The notes under the pieces were generated by a model, which worked only from the letters and a program-made list of their open reading frames with translations, made no database searches and was not told the DNA's origin. 24,000 nucleotides of DNA, from contig JBOFDK010000038.1 in NCBI GenBank assembly GCA_051646925.1, positions 4,161-28,160 of the forward strand, given 5' to 3'. Of the stretch, positions 1 to 10,096 are shown piece after piece. Origin of the DNA: Cellulosilyticaceae bacterium (GTDB lineage: Bacteria; Bacillota; Clostridia; Lachnospirales; Cellulosilyticaceae). Position 1 is the stretch's first letter, and the number at the start of each line of letters is the position of its first letter. Made by a program: the position numbers and the translations under genes.

Positions 1-1
1 A

Positions 2-478
2 GCGAAAATAAAATTCCAATATATAAGACGAAGAAAGTTTAATAGTAGTACAGAAGAGATATCTAATATTAGTGAAGGCTACAATGCGTATATAAAAGAA
101 TCATTTAGATTTAAAAAAGGTACTAATAATGTAATAAGAGAAGAAGTAGCAGGTTTTAAAGAAGAAGGAATATTGATTGTTTCGAGAACAGCAATAGGGA
201 CGGCGCTGATTACAGCAGTCTTTGTTGTAGTAATTGATATGCTAATTTATTTTTTTGAAACGTTATGTGATTATTTTATAGCAAATAAAAAATTCAACCA
301 AATGATGCAATTGGCAGATACGTTAGAGCGGATGATGGAAAAAAGTATTTATGAATTAGCAAAATTTAATCAAGAGTTGAAAGATGGTGTTATTAAAATG
401 GATGAAAAGCATATATTAATATTACAAAAAAATAAAAAAGCCCCAATTGTAGTTAAAATTGAGGACTGCATAGAATAG
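2..478 (+). CDS. C-terminal part of a coiled-coil/transmembrane protein of unknown function, 5' end outside the window
   Basis: The reading frame is open from base 2 (AKIKFQYIRRRKFNSSTEEISNISEGYNAYIKESFRF...), upstream of the tool's M at 173. It aligns throughout with the C-terminus of the next protein (NISEGY..., one TM segment, MEKSI.ELAK.NQ.L.DG.I..., VVKIEDC). Confidence 0.75.
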   Translation, partial: AKIKFQYIRRRKFNSSTEEISNISEGYNAYIKESFRFKKGTNNVIREEVAGFKEEGILIVSRTAIGTALITAVFVVVIDMLIYFFETLCDYFIANKKFNQMMQLADTLERMMEKSIYELAKFNQELKDGVIKMDEKHILILQKNKKAPIVVKIEDCIE

Positions 479-540
479 ATTGTAGTGTATAAGATGTATT
501 GTGATAGCTATATAAGGTAAAAAAAGATAGGGGTGAGTTA

Positions 541-2169
541 ATGAGGCTTGGAGAGATAATGTTTTTAACAATAGGGGATATATGTACTGGTTTTAAAGAA
601 AGTGATGAGCAGAAAGAAATAGCAAATTATAAATTTGAAAAATTTATAAGGAAATTATTTCAAGAGTATCATATTCAATGGAATAAATTATGTGAACACA
701 TAGGTCCTGAAGTTAATATACCTAAATTAACTAAAGATATTGAAATAGATGATATTGATGAATGTTTAACAGAGATGGATAGGGCAGAGAAGGTGTTCCA
801 TGAATTAATAAAAGAAACAAATGAACAAATAAAATATAAATTATTATTTGAAGAGTATGATTATGAACATATGAAATTAAAACCAAATAATATATTGGAA
901 ATAATAGGATATATTGCGTGTGGGATAATGGTATGTGAAAGTGTAGTGTTATCGATTTTAGCATATGGACAGTTAAAAAAAGAGTTAAGTGATATAGCCT
1001 GTATGTATAACTTTATGCAAGAGGAAATGCAAGAAAATTTTTTAGCTAGTAAGAGTGGTTGTTATAGCAATGATTATGATGAACTGGAGAATAATGCGAA
1101 ACAATACAAAGAACGTCAGATGATTATATGCGATAAATATATTAAAGAAATAGATGATGAAATAAAACAAATCCCAAAAGGAAAAAAAGAAATAATTACT
1201 ATATTAGAAGGTGAAAAGAATAATATTGCTAAAGCAGTTGAATTGAAATGTAAAGAATTTAGTGAATACAGTATAGAAAAAAATAATTTAATGATACAGG
1301 AGCTTAAAAATAAAAATCAACATTATGGAATGTGCTCAGTATATAATAAACAAATAGGAAAAGTGAAAAAACGACTAGCATTAATGAAAGATGAACTAAA
1401 AAACGGAGAGCTAATAAAAATAAGAAAAGATTGTGAAGAGGCAGATATCGGAAAGATTAATATAAAGAAAGAAGTTAAAGGAAAAGAATCTTTTTTTGTA
1501 TGCACAGGGGAAAGGGGACCGGAGGGAGTTGAAGAGCTTAGCTTGATAGATTGTAAATATTTTCCAGAATGTGATGTGATATTAATAGTAGACGATATGA
1601 AAAAACTTGAAGAAAATACAATGCGAATTAATAAACTAAACAAATTTATGAGAGAAACTCAAAATGACATTAATACAGGAATATTAGAAGAAATAAATAA
1701 AATAAAAATAAAATATTCAAGACAAGCAGAATTGGGTATTAAGGAAGGTGATATAAACAATATTAGTGAAGGATATAAAATTTATAAAAAAGAAACATAT
1801 AAATTTAACAGAAGTTATAAAAGTGAAATTATGGAAAAAATAGAAAAGGTTCAAAGGAAAAAAATAATGAAGTGTTTTAGTGATACTGCTACTACATGTA
1901 TTTATACAGTGATTTTTGTTGCTGTAGTTGATATGATGATTGTATTTTTTGAAGCGTTACGTGATTATTACAAAGTAAATGAGAAAAAAAAGCAAATGGA
2001 AGAATTTAAGAGTATATTAGGGGCTACAATGGAAAAAAGTATTTGCGAATTAGCGAAATTAAATCAAAATTTGAGCGATGGTATTATTCAAATTGACAAA
2101 GAACACTTATTAATATTACAAGGAAATCAGGAAGTGCCAGTGGTAGTTAAAATAGAAGATTGCGTTTAA
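541..2169 (+). CDS. Hypothetical coiled-coil protein with an internal N-terminal-half TM segment and a C-terminal TM segment; paralogue of the preceding ORF
   Basis: 542-aa ORF. Hydrophobic segments ILEIIGYIACGIMVCESVVLSILAY and TTCIYTVIFVAVVDMMIVFF are separated by long charged helical sequence. The C-terminal ~150 aa match the upstream ORF. Confidence 0.7.
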   Translation: MRLGEIMFLTIGDICTGFKESDEQKEIANYKFEKFIRKLFQEYHIQWNKLCEHIGPEVNIPKLTKDIEIDDIDECLTEMDRAEKVFHELIKETNEQIKYKLLFEEYDYEHMKLKPNNILEIIGYIACGIMVCESVVLSILAYGQLKKELSDIACMYNFMQEEMQENFLASKSGCYSNDYDELENNAKQYKERQMIICDKYIKEIDDEIKQIPKGKKEIITILEGEKNNIAKAVELKCKEFSEYSIEKNNLMIQELKNKNQHYGMCSVYNKQIGKVKKRLALMKDELKNGELIKIRKDCEEADIGKINIKKEVKGKESFFVCTGERGPEGVEELSLIDCKYFPECDVILIVDDMKKLEENTMRINKLNKFMRETQNDINTGILEEINKIKIKYSRQAELGIKEGDINNISEGYKIYKKETYKFNRSYKSEIMEKIEKVQRKKIMKCFSDTATTCIYTVIFVAVVDMMIVFFEALRDYYKVNEKKKQMEEFKSILGATMEKSICELAKLNQNLSDGIIQIDKEHLLILQGNQEVPVVVKIEDCV

Positions 2170-2283
2170 TAGCGTCTAAAGTGGTATTGTGTAATATATA
2201 TGAGAGTGCTATTCAATTAGATACGGAAAATATGTTATAATGAGTTCATATAGCATGACATATATGATTGGAGAGCAGAGTAA

Positions 2284-3738
2284 ATGGAAAGAAATTTAAC
2301 GTTATTAACAGATTTATATCAGTTAACTATGATGCAAGGTTACTATGAAAATCATTTAAATAACCATGAGGTTGTATTTGATTTGTTTTATAGAAACAAT
2401 CCGTCAGGAAATGGATATGCAGTTTGTTGTGGCTTAGAGGAAATTATTGAGTATATTAAAAATATAACGTTTACTGATGAAGATATTAGTTATTTAAGAG
2501 GACTTGAGTTGTTTAATGAAGCTTTTTTGGAATATCTTTGTAATTTTAAATTTACAGGGCAAATAGATGCTATACCAGAAGGTACAGTTGTATTTCCAAT
2601 GGAACCACTTATTAGAGTGAGTGCACCTATTCTTGAGGCGCAGTTTATAGAAACAACGTTACTAAACATTATTAATCATCAAAGCTTGATTGCAACAAAA
2701 GCTGCGCGTGTTGTGAGAGCGGCAGGTGGGGATACTGTGCTAGAGTTTGGATTAAGAAGAGCGCAAGGCCCTGATGCAGGTATTTATGGTGCAAGAGCGG
2801 CAATAATTGGAGGGTGCAATGCAACGTCTAATGTTTTGGCAGGAAAGATGTTTGGAGTGCCTATAGCAGGTACGCATGCACATAGTTGGGTAATGAGTTT
2901 TGAAAAAGAAATTGATGCTTTTCGTGCTTATGCAGAACTATTTCCTAAAAAATGCATTTTATTAGTAGATACGTACGATACGATAGAACAAGGTGTTCCG
3001 AATGCTATACGTGTTTTTGATGAAATGAAAGAAAGAGGTATTGTGCTTGAAAGCTATGGTATACGTTTGGATAGTGGAGATTTAGCGTATTTATCAAAAA
3101 AAGCACGTCAAATGTTAGATGAGGCAGGATATGCAGATGCTATAATAAGTGCATCTTGTGATTTAGATGAGTATTTAATTGCTGATTTAAAAAGACAAGG
3201 TGCAGAAATAACACTGTGGGGCGTTGGAACAAAACTTATAACATCAGATGATTGTCCATCTTTTGGTGGTGTTTATAAACTTACAGCAGAACGACGAGAA
3301 GATGCTTGTTTTGCACCTAAAATTAAAATTTCAGACAATCCAGAAAAAGTTACTAGTCCAGGTGTTAAAAAAGTAGTGCGTGTATATGATGCGAACAATG
3401 GAAAAATTAAAGCAGACATAATTGCGCTTGAAGAAGAAGAATTTGATGAAAATAAGGATATGGTATTGCGAGACCCAAAAGCAAGATGGAAGAAGATGCA
3501 CCTGAAAGCAAATACGTATAAATTAAAGTCTTTACTAGTACCTATATTTAGAGATGGGGAATGTGTATATGATGCACCTAGTGTTATGGATATTAGAAAA
3601 AAGACGCAAGAAGAGCTAGAGGGCTTGTGGGAGGAATATAAGAGACTTATAAATCCTGCGATTGTACCAGTGGATTTATCAGATGAATTATATTATCTAA
3701 AAGAACATATGTTAAATAGTTATAAGAAACATGAATAA
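2284..3738 (+). CDS. pncB: Nicotinate phosphoribosyltransferase
   Basis: 484 aa beginning LLTDLYQLTMMQGYYENH, with EFGLRRAQGPDAG, GTHAHSWVM, LVDTYDT, IRLDSGDLAYLS and WGVGTKLITS motifs typical of the family. Confidence 0.95.
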   Translation: MERNLTLLTDLYQLTMMQGYYENHLNNHEVVFDLFYRNNPSGNGYAVCCGLEEIIEYIKNITFTDEDISYLRGLELFNEAFLEYLCNFKFTGQIDAIPEGTVVFPMEPLIRVSAPILEAQFIETTLLNIINHQSLIATKAARVVRAAGGDTVLEFGLRRAQGPDAGIYGARAAIIGGCNATSNVLAGKMFGVPIAGTHAHSWVMSFEKEIDAFRAYAELFPKKCILLVDTYDTIEQGVPNAIRVFDEMKERGIVLESYGIRLDSGDLAYLSKKARQMLDEAGYADAIISASCDLDEYLIADLKRQGAEITLWGVGTKLITSDDCPSFGGVYKLTAERREDACFAPKIKISDNPEKVTSPGVKKVVRVYDANNGKIKADIIALEEEEFDENKDMVLRDPKARWKKMHLKANTYKLKSLLVPIFRDGECVYDAPSVMDIRKKTQEELEGLWEEYKRLINPAIVPVDLSDELYYLKEHMLNSYKKHE

Positions 3739-3782
3739 TTATAAAAAAAAGGAATACTTATAAATAATAAAGAGGTGATAGT

Positions 3783-4517
3783 ATGATTAGGAGTGTACGG
3801 GTAGTTGGTTTTATGACATGGCATTACGTTAGAAATACGTTAGAGCGTAATAAATATACTTTAAAAGGTAAAGATGTAGATGTAGAAACAAAAAAAGTAA
3901 ATAGAAAAAAGATTTATAGATTAATGCAAAGTATGTCTAACGGTATGGTAAAAGCAGCAGGAACAGAAGTAATAGTAAAAGGTAAAGAAAATTTACCAAA
4001 GCATGGACCTGTAGTTTATATGAGCACACATAAAGGATTATATGATAGTCCTGTGTTAGCAACGATTATAGAGGAACCTATTATTTTTATAGGAAAAGAA
4101 GAAATGGAAAAAATGCCAATTATAGGCTCATGGTTTGATGCTATGGGATGTATTTATCTTGCTCGTGATGATATGAAAAAATCATTGCAAGCAATACTTA
4201 CGGGTATTGAAGAATTAAAAAATGGACAATCAATAGTTATCTTTCCTGAAGGAACAAGAAGTAAAGGTAAAGATATGCAAGAATTTAAATCAGGAAGTTT
4301 TAAATTAGCATTAAAAGCAAACGTTCCAATAGTACCGATAGCTATTCAAGATACACAAAAGGTATTAGAAGATACAGGAATGATAAAAAAAGCAACTGTA
4401 TATGTTAATATAGGTAAGCCTTTTGATGTTGCAAGTATGACAAAAGAAGAAAAGAAAGCACTACCAAAGACAGTGGAAAATAAAGTTCGCGAGTTGCTAG
4501 GCGAAATAACTTTTTAA
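3783..4517 (+). CDS. 1-acyl-sn-glycerol-3-phosphate acyltransferase (PlsC-like)
   Basis: HKGLYD (HX4D) and VIFPEGTRSKG motifs. RBS aagaggtg upstream. Confidence 0.9.
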   Translation: MIRSVRVVGFMTWHYVRNTLERNKYTLKGKDVDVETKKVNRKKIYRLMQSMSNGMVKAAGTEVIVKGKENLPKHGPVVYMSTHKGLYDSPVLATIIEEPIIFIGKEEMEKMPIIGSWFDAMGCIYLARDDMKKSLQAILTGIEELKNGQSIVIFPEGTRSKGKDMQEFKSGSFKLALKANVPIVPIAIQDTQKVLEDTGMIKKATVYVNIGKPFDVASMTKEEKKALPKTVENKVRELLGEITF

Positions 4518-4582
4518 AGATAGAAAATAAGTAGCGATGAAAAGGAGGGGTTAACATAGAAAAAGATAAAGTAAAAGAAAAA

Positions 4583-5947
4583 ATGATAATGGAAATAACA
4601 CCAGACAAAATGATGTGTGTTGTTTCTTTTGAAGAACTAGAAGATAACGAAGATGAAAGATTACTAACAGATGGGGAAATAAAAAAAGCAATTACAGCTG
4701 CAGGAGTTACAACAGGTATAGATAGCGATGTGCTAGATGTTATTTTAACTAATCGCAAATATGATTATAAATACGTGTTAGCAAAAGGAACACCAGCTAT
4801 AGCGGGTAAAGAAGCAACAATATTATTTAAATTTGATAAAGATAATATTAACAAATGTGCCCCTAAACATAATGAAGATGGAACTGTTAATTTCAAAGAT
4901 TTAAGTATCATAAAAAACGTTACGAAAGAAACTGTTTTGGCGATTAAAATGCCAGCTGAAGATGGTGTAGCGGGAATAAATGTAACAGGTCAAGAGGTTA
5001 GAGCGTCTAGGGGGCGTGATGTAAGAATGCCTCGCGGAAAAAATACAAAAATACTTGATGATGGAGTTACATTAGTTGCAGAGATAGACGGACAACTTTG
5101 TTATGATGAACATAATGTATACATAACACCAAGTTTTATCGTTGAAAAAGATGTTGATATAAGTACAGGCAATATTGATTTTATTGGGAATGTTATAGTC
5201 AACGGAAGTGTGCAAGCAGGATTTAAAATTACAGCAGGCGGAACAGTAGAAGTTAAAGGAAGTGTAGAAGCGGCTGATATTTATGCAGAAGGCGATATTA
5301 TAGTGTGGTATGGCATTCAAGGTATGGATAAAGGAATTATTAGTACTCGTGGTAACGTAATTGCAAAATTTATTCAAAATGTTACAGTAGAAGCAGGTGG
5401 GAGTGTAGTGGCAGAGGCTATTATGCATAGCAATGTGTCAGCTATTGAAGTAGACGTAACAAAAGGCAAAGGCTTATTAGTTGGTGGGGAAGTTGTAGTT
5501 GCAAAAAAACTCAAGGCGACTATTATAGGTTCACATATGGCAACTGTAACAACGATTAAACTTGGGTTATCACCAAAAATGCTAAAAGAGTTTAAAGAAA
5601 TAGAAGAAAGTCTTGATAAAATGAAAGAAGACCTAAATAAAATTAGTCAAAGTATTACATTTCTTATGAATAGAAAAGATATGCTAGGTCAAGAGAAACA
5701 AGAACTTTTAAGACGCTTATTAAATGCTAAAATGGATACTGAGCTGAAAATTAAAAATAAAAAAACGGCATATGATGATATTTCAGAAAAAGTAGAATGT
5801 AGTACAAAAGGCATTATTAAAATTAAAAAAGTGATATACTCAGGTGCGAAAATAATTGCAGGTTCTAGTATTAAGTATGTTTCGGAAGACCATAATAATT
5901 GCAGCATAAAAAAAAGAGATGGAGATATTGTTTTTTTAGCGTATTAG
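4583..5947 (+). CDS. FapA/DUF342 family protein (start possibly upstream at 4556)
   Basis: 454 aa with repetitive beta-helix-like glycine-rich region (IDFIGNVIVNGSVQAGFKITAGGTVEVKGSVEAADIYAEGDIIV...) followed by coiled coil and a C-terminal IKIKKVIYSGAKIIAGSS segment, as in DUF342/FapA proteins. Confidence 0.85.
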   Translation: MIMEITPDKMMCVVSFEELEDNEDERLLTDGEIKKAITAAGVTTGIDSDVLDVILTNRKYDYKYVLAKGTPAIAGKEATILFKFDKDNINKCAPKHNEDGTVNFKDLSIIKNVTKETVLAIKMPAEDGVAGINVTGQEVRASRGRDVRMPRGKNTKILDDGVTLVAEIDGQLCYDEHNVYITPSFIVEKDVDISTGNIDFIGNVIVNGSVQAGFKITAGGTVEVKGSVEAADIYAEGDIIVWYGIQGMDKGIISTRGNVIAKFIQNVTVEAGGSVVAEAIMHSNVSAIEVDVTKGKGLLVGGEVVVAKKLKATIIGSHMATVTTIKLGLSPKMLKEFKEIEESLDKMKEDLNKISQSITFLMNRKDMLGQEKQELLRRLLNAKMDTELKIKNKKTAYDDISEKVECSTKGIIKIKKVIYSGAKIIAGSSIKYVSEDHNNCSIKKRDGDIVFLAY

Positions 5948-6024
5948 GAAGTGGCGATATTGTTATATAAAAATTTGTATGATATACTGATAAAAATACT
6001 AAAGAGGTACAGGGAGGATTCAAT

Positions 6025-6477
6025 ATGGAATCGTGGGTAACTATATTACTCGTTTTAGTAATTCTTGCGGGAATTGGTGTAGGGTTATATTTTTGGAGTA
6101 AGAAATTAAAAAAGAAATATGATGAACAACAACAGATGATTAATCAACATAAACAATTAGTTCAGATGTTTGTTATAGATAAGAAAAAAGATACTGTTGA
6201 TAATATGAAGTTGCCAAAACAGATTAAAGAGCAAATTCCAAAGATGCAACGTAAACGTAAAATGCCGTTTGTTATAGTAAAAGCAGGGCCACAAATTCAA
6301 ACACTTCTTTGTGAAAACTCAGTGTATGATACAATACCTGTAAAAAAACAAATTAAAGCAGAAGTTGCAGGAATTATGCTTGTAAATGTTGTATCAGGAA
6401 AACTTCCAACTCCGAAAAAGCAAAAATTTACAGCAAAAATGAAAAATAAAGCAGAGCAATTAAAAAATAAATTATAA
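6025..6477 (+). CDS. Small membrane-anchored protein of unknown function
   Basis: 150 aa. N-terminal TM VTILLVLVILAGIGVGLYFW followed by a basic soluble domain. RBS acagggagg upstream. Confidence 0.7.
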   Translation: MESWVTILLVLVILAGIGVGLYFWSKKLKKKYDEQQQMINQHKQLVQMFVIDKKKDTVDNMKLPKQIKEQIPKMQRKRKMPFVIVKAGPQIQTLLCENSVYDTIPVKKQIKAEVAGIMLVNVVSGKLPTPKKQKFTAKMKNKAEQLKNKL

Positions 6478-6494
6478 TAATATATACACAAAAT

Positions 6495-6527
6495 AAAAAG
6501 ATGCTTACATAAGCATCTTTTTATTTT
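6495..6527 (+). terminator. Rho-independent terminator
   Basis: aaaaagatgctt-acat-aagcatcttttt hairpin followed by a T-rich run. Confidence 0.85.
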
Positions 6528-6653
6528 GCATACATTATTACACTGTGATATATTAAATACGAATGATGCTGATTAATAAGTATATATAGAATAGAAAAAA
6601 GATATACTGAATATATATGGAATTTTAAAGTATATGAAGAGGAGATAAGAGTT

Positions 6654-7514
6654 TTGAGATTTTTTAAGTATATATATGGTTTTGGAATGAAGTTGAAGAA
6701 TCGTTTTTTGGGGCATGAAATAGGCGCTAGAAGTGCACAAATGACATATTATTGGATTCTTGCTTTTTTTCCTTTTTTAATTATGTTGATGACACTTTTA
6801 TCATATACAACTATAGCAGAAGGTGAGCTAATGACATCATTAGAACTTATAATGCCTTCAACAGCAATGCCTTTGATAGAAGAAACTATAATGCAGTTGG
6901 TTGAATATAGAAGTGCTACGTTATTGTCAGTTGGGGCTATCGTATCGGTATGGTCATCATCAGCAGCGGTAAATGTTGTTATTAAAGGTATTCATAAAGC
7001 ATACAGTGCAACAGATACACGCCCGTTTTGGATAAAAAAAGCTATTTCGATAGGATATACATTTGTATTATTAATTTTGCTTGTAGGTATGATAGTGTTA
7101 TTAGTATTTGGAAATAACATTGGAAGTTATATACTGAAATTTTTAGTTAAAAATAATTTCATGTATAAAGTGTTGTGGGATTTCTCACGTTTTACATTAT
7201 CGTTACTTGTATTATTAGCAGGACTTTATGCAATATACCGCGTAGTACCACGTAAACATCGTAAATCAAATAATGTTTGGCCAGGAACGTTGTTTGCATC
7301 TTTTGGGCTTTATGGATTTTCGGTATTGTTTGCGATTTACATTGATAAATTTAGTAAATACAGTCAAATGTATGGAAGTATTGGTGGTATTTTTATTTTA
7401 ATCATATGGTTATATGCAAGTGGAATTCTTATTTTGCTAGGAGCAGAAATTAATGCTCTTTGGCAAGATATTATAATTATTGAAAATAGAAGTCGTTATA
7501 AACTAAAAAAATAA
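6654..7514 (+). CDS. YihY/BrkB-like inner membrane protein
   Basis: 286 aa, TTG start with upstream gaggaga RBS. Contains ARSAQMTYYWILAFFPFLIMLMTL, multiple TM segments and GGIFILIIWLYASGILILLGAEINA typical of the family. Confidence 0.88.
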   Translation: MRFFKYIYGFGMKLKNRFLGHEIGARSAQMTYYWILAFFPFLIMLMTLLSYTTIAEGELMTSLELIMPSTAMPLIEETIMQLVEYRSATLLSVGAIVSVWSSSAAVNVVIKGIHKAYSATDTRPFWIKKAISIGYTFVLLILLVGMIVLLVFGNNIGSYILKFLVKNNFMYKVLWDFSRFTLSLLVLLAGLYAIYRVVPRKHRKSNNVWPGTLFASFGLYGFSVLFAIYIDKFSKYSQMYGSIGGIFILIIWLYASGILILLGAEINALWQDIIIIENRSRYKLKK

Positions 7515-7545
7515 TAAAATATTTTGTAAAAAGGAGTAACTCATA

Positions 7546-8394
7546 ATGAAACCTATATTATCATTTGAAATATTTCCACCTAAAGAAACGACAAAAATTG
7601 AAAGTATTTATAGTACTATTGACGCATTAGCGCCATTAAGACCAGACTTTATAAGTGTGACGTATGGAGCAGGAGGTAGTAATCAAAATAATACTATTGA
7701 AATAGCTTCGGTATTAAGAAACAAATACAATATTAGGCCAGTTGCACATTTAACGTGTGTCGGAGCAACAGAATCTTCAATAGATATGATTCTTGATAGA
7801 TTAAATAAAGAGGGCGTAGAACATATACTTGCACTTAGAGGAGATTTGCCGCATGAAAATGCATTGGGAGATTTTAAATATGCTACGGACTTAGTAGCTT
7901 ACATAAAGAAAAAAGAACAATTTAGTATAGTTGGGGCGTGTTACCCTGAAAAACATATAGAAGCTATTTGTTTAGAAGATGATATTATGTATCTAAAAGA
8001 AAAAGTGGAAGCAGGAGCAGAAATGCTAGTAAGTCAGTTGTTTTTTGATAATGATGTGTTTTTTGAATGGGTAAGCAAAGTTCGAAAGGCGGGGATTACA
8101 GTTCCTATTATAGCTGGAATTATGCCTATAACATCTGAAGTTCAATTAAAACGTATGCAGTCACTTTGCGGAGCGACTATTCCAGATAATATAAAGGTGT
8201 TAATAGATGCCTATAGTCACAATCAAGCAGCACTTAAAGATGTTGGAACGACATATGCAACGATGCAAATTATAGATTTACTTGCAAGGGGTGTTGATGG
8301 AATTCATTTGTATACTATGAATAAAGCAGAACTAGCAAAAAAAATTGTGGACAATATTAGTAGTGCGTATTATGCACGTTGTCAAAGTGAATAA
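7546..8394 (+). CDS. metF: 5,10-methylenetetrahydrofolate reductase
   Basis: 282 aa. LSFEIFPPKETTKIES, FISVTYGAGGSNQNNT, HLTCVGA, ILALRGDLP, SQLFFDND and GIMPI motifs. Confidence 0.95.
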   Translation: MKPILSFEIFPPKETTKIESIYSTIDALAPLRPDFISVTYGAGGSNQNNTIEIASVLRNKYNIRPVAHLTCVGATESSIDMILDRLNKEGVEHILALRGDLPHENALGDFKYATDLVAYIKKKEQFSIVGACYPEKHIEAICLEDDIMYLKEKVEAGAEMLVSQLFFDNDVFFEWVSKVRKAGITVPIIAGIMPITSEVQLKRMQSLCGATIPDNIKVLIDAYSHNQAALKDVGTTYATMQIIDLLARGVDGIHLYTMNKAELAKKIVDNISSAYYARCQSE

Positions 8395-8430
8395 ATTGCA
8401 GTAATTATAGAAAAATAGAGGATTAATGAG

Positions 8431-8483
8431 AGAGCGTTTTTGTATTTGGTACATACTACTAAATACAAAAGCGCTTTTTTGTT
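8431..8483 (+). terminator. Rho-independent terminator
   Basis: Arms agcgtttttgtattt / aaatacaaaagcgct (one G-U pair) followed by a T run. Confidence 0.8.
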
Positions 8484-8682
8484 TGAAAGTGATGAAAACA
8501 TAGAAGTGTAAAATAGACTCTTGAAAAATATAAAATTATGATATAATACCAAAGTATGGCATTTACAATGGTATCTAAATGATGGTAAAGTAGAAAAAAA
8601 TACTTATTTTTATAACACACACATAATATAACGCTATACTATACAGAATAAAACAATATGTTGAAATATTTTAAGGAGTAGG

Positions 8683-9837
8683 ATGATGAAAAAAATACGA
8701 GTGATGAGTGTTTTTGGCACACGTCCAGAAGCAATTAAAATGGCGCCGCTTGTAAAGGTGCTTGAAAAAGATGAAGCTATTACAAGTATTGTATGTGTAA
8801 CAGCGCAACATAGAGAAATGCTAGACCAAGTGTTGACAATTTTTGATATTAAACCAGATTATGATTTAGATATTATGAAAGAGCGTCAAACGTTAGAAGG
8901 CATTACTGTTAGAGTATTAGAAGGAATGGGCAAAGTTTTAGAAGATGCAAAACCTGATATAGTTTTAGTGCATGGAGATACATCGACAACATTTGCGACA
9001 GCGCTTGCAGCTTTTTATAAGCAAATTCCTGTAGGACATGTAGAGGCAGGTTTACGTACACATAATATGTATGAGCCATTTCCAGAAGAAATGAACCGTA
9101 AATTAGCAGGAGCACTTAGTACATTACATTTTTCACCAACGTTACTTGCAAAACAAAATCTTCTAAAAGAAGCGATTGATGAAAATAGTATTTTCATTAC
9201 TGGGAATACTGTTATAGATGTGTTAAAAACAACAGTTAAAGATAACTATAAATTTACAGTGGAAACACTAAATAATATTGATTATGAAAATAAAAAAGTT
9301 ATAACTATGACAGCGCATCGTAGAGAAAATTTGGGTAAACCACTTGAAAATATTTGTGAAGCAGTAAAACGAATTGCAAAAAAACATGAAAATGTTGAAA
9401 TTATTTATGCTGTGCATAAAAATCCTGAAATTCGTGAAGTGGTTTCTAACATACTTGGAAAGCAATCAAATATACATTTGATAGAGCCATTAGATTTAAA
9501 TGATATGCATAATTTGATGAAACGTTCATATCTTGTATTAACAGACTCAGGTGGATTACAAGAAGAAGTGCCATCACTTGGAAAGCCTGTTCTAGTACTT
9601 AGAAATGTAACAGAAAGACCTGAAGGTGTAGATGCAGGTACGCTAAAACTTGCGGGTATTGAAGAAAATACTATTTACAATTTAACAGATGAACTACTAA
9701 CTAATCAGAAAGTGTATGATGAAATGGCAGGAGCTAAAAATCCTTTTGGAGACGGTGAAGCGTCGCTTAGGATTGTTCAGGCTATTAAACATTATTTCCT
9801 GGAAAATGTAGATAGACCTATAGATTATAAAGCCTAA
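8683..9837 (+). CDS. wecB: UDP-N-acetylglucosamine 2-epimerase (non-hydrolysing)
   Basis: 384 aa. VFGTRPEAIKMAPL, TAQHREMLDQVL, VHGDTSTTFA, VGHVEAGLRT, FPEEMNRK and DSGGLQEEVPSLGKPVLVLRNVTERPEG motifs. Confidence 0.95.
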   Translation: MMKKIRVMSVFGTRPEAIKMAPLVKVLEKDEAITSIVCVTAQHREMLDQVLTIFDIKPDYDLDIMKERQTLEGITVRVLEGMGKVLEDAKPDIVLVHGDTSTTFATALAAFYKQIPVGHVEAGLRTHNMYEPFPEEMNRKLAGALSTLHFSPTLLAKQNLLKEAIDENSIFITGNTVIDVLKTTVKDNYKFTVETLNNIDYENKKVITMTAHRRENLGKPLENICEAVKRIAKKHENVEIIYAVHKNPEIREVVSNILGKQSNIHLIEPLDLNDMHNLMKRSYLVLTDSGGLQEEVPSLGKPVLVLRNVTERPEGVDAGTLKLAGIEENTIYNLTDELLTNQKVYDEMAGAKNPFGDGEASLRIVQAIKHYFLENVDRPIDYKA

Positions 9838-9850
9838 TTTGGAGAAAAAT

Positions 9851-10096
9851 ATGAATAAGAAAAGCTGGGTTTCGGCGTTAGCACTATTAAATCAAGTTGG
9901 AATCGTCATGGCAGTTCCAATTTTCATGTGTTTATTTATAGGTATTTTTTTAGACCGTCTGACGGGTATGGAGCCGCTATGGCTAATAATTTTTATTTTA
10001 TTAGGTGTAGGTGCTGCTTTTCGAAATTTATATCATATTATGGATAAGGAAGTTAAAAAAAGTGAAAAAAATGATAACCGTCATGATAGGTTTTAG
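9851..10096 (+). CDS. atpZ: AtpZ/AtpI-family F0F1-ATPase accessory membrane protein
   Basis: Two TM segments in an ~81-aa protein immediately upstream of atpI (SALALLNQVGIVMAVPIFMCLFIGIFLDRLTG). ggag RBS upstream of ATG at 9851; the tool's TTG at 9839 overlaps the RBS region. Confidence 0.8.
   Translation: MNKKSWVSALALLNQVGIVMAVPIFMCLFIGIFLDRLTGMEPLWLIIFILLGVGAAFRNLYHIMDKEVKKSEKNDNRHDRF

Noticed and set aside
731-1643. Minus-strand ORFs at 731..964 and 1323..1643
   Set aside because: They are antisense to the long coiled-coil ORF, with translations dominated by Leu/Ser/Ile/Phe as expected from an A-rich coding strand read in reverse.
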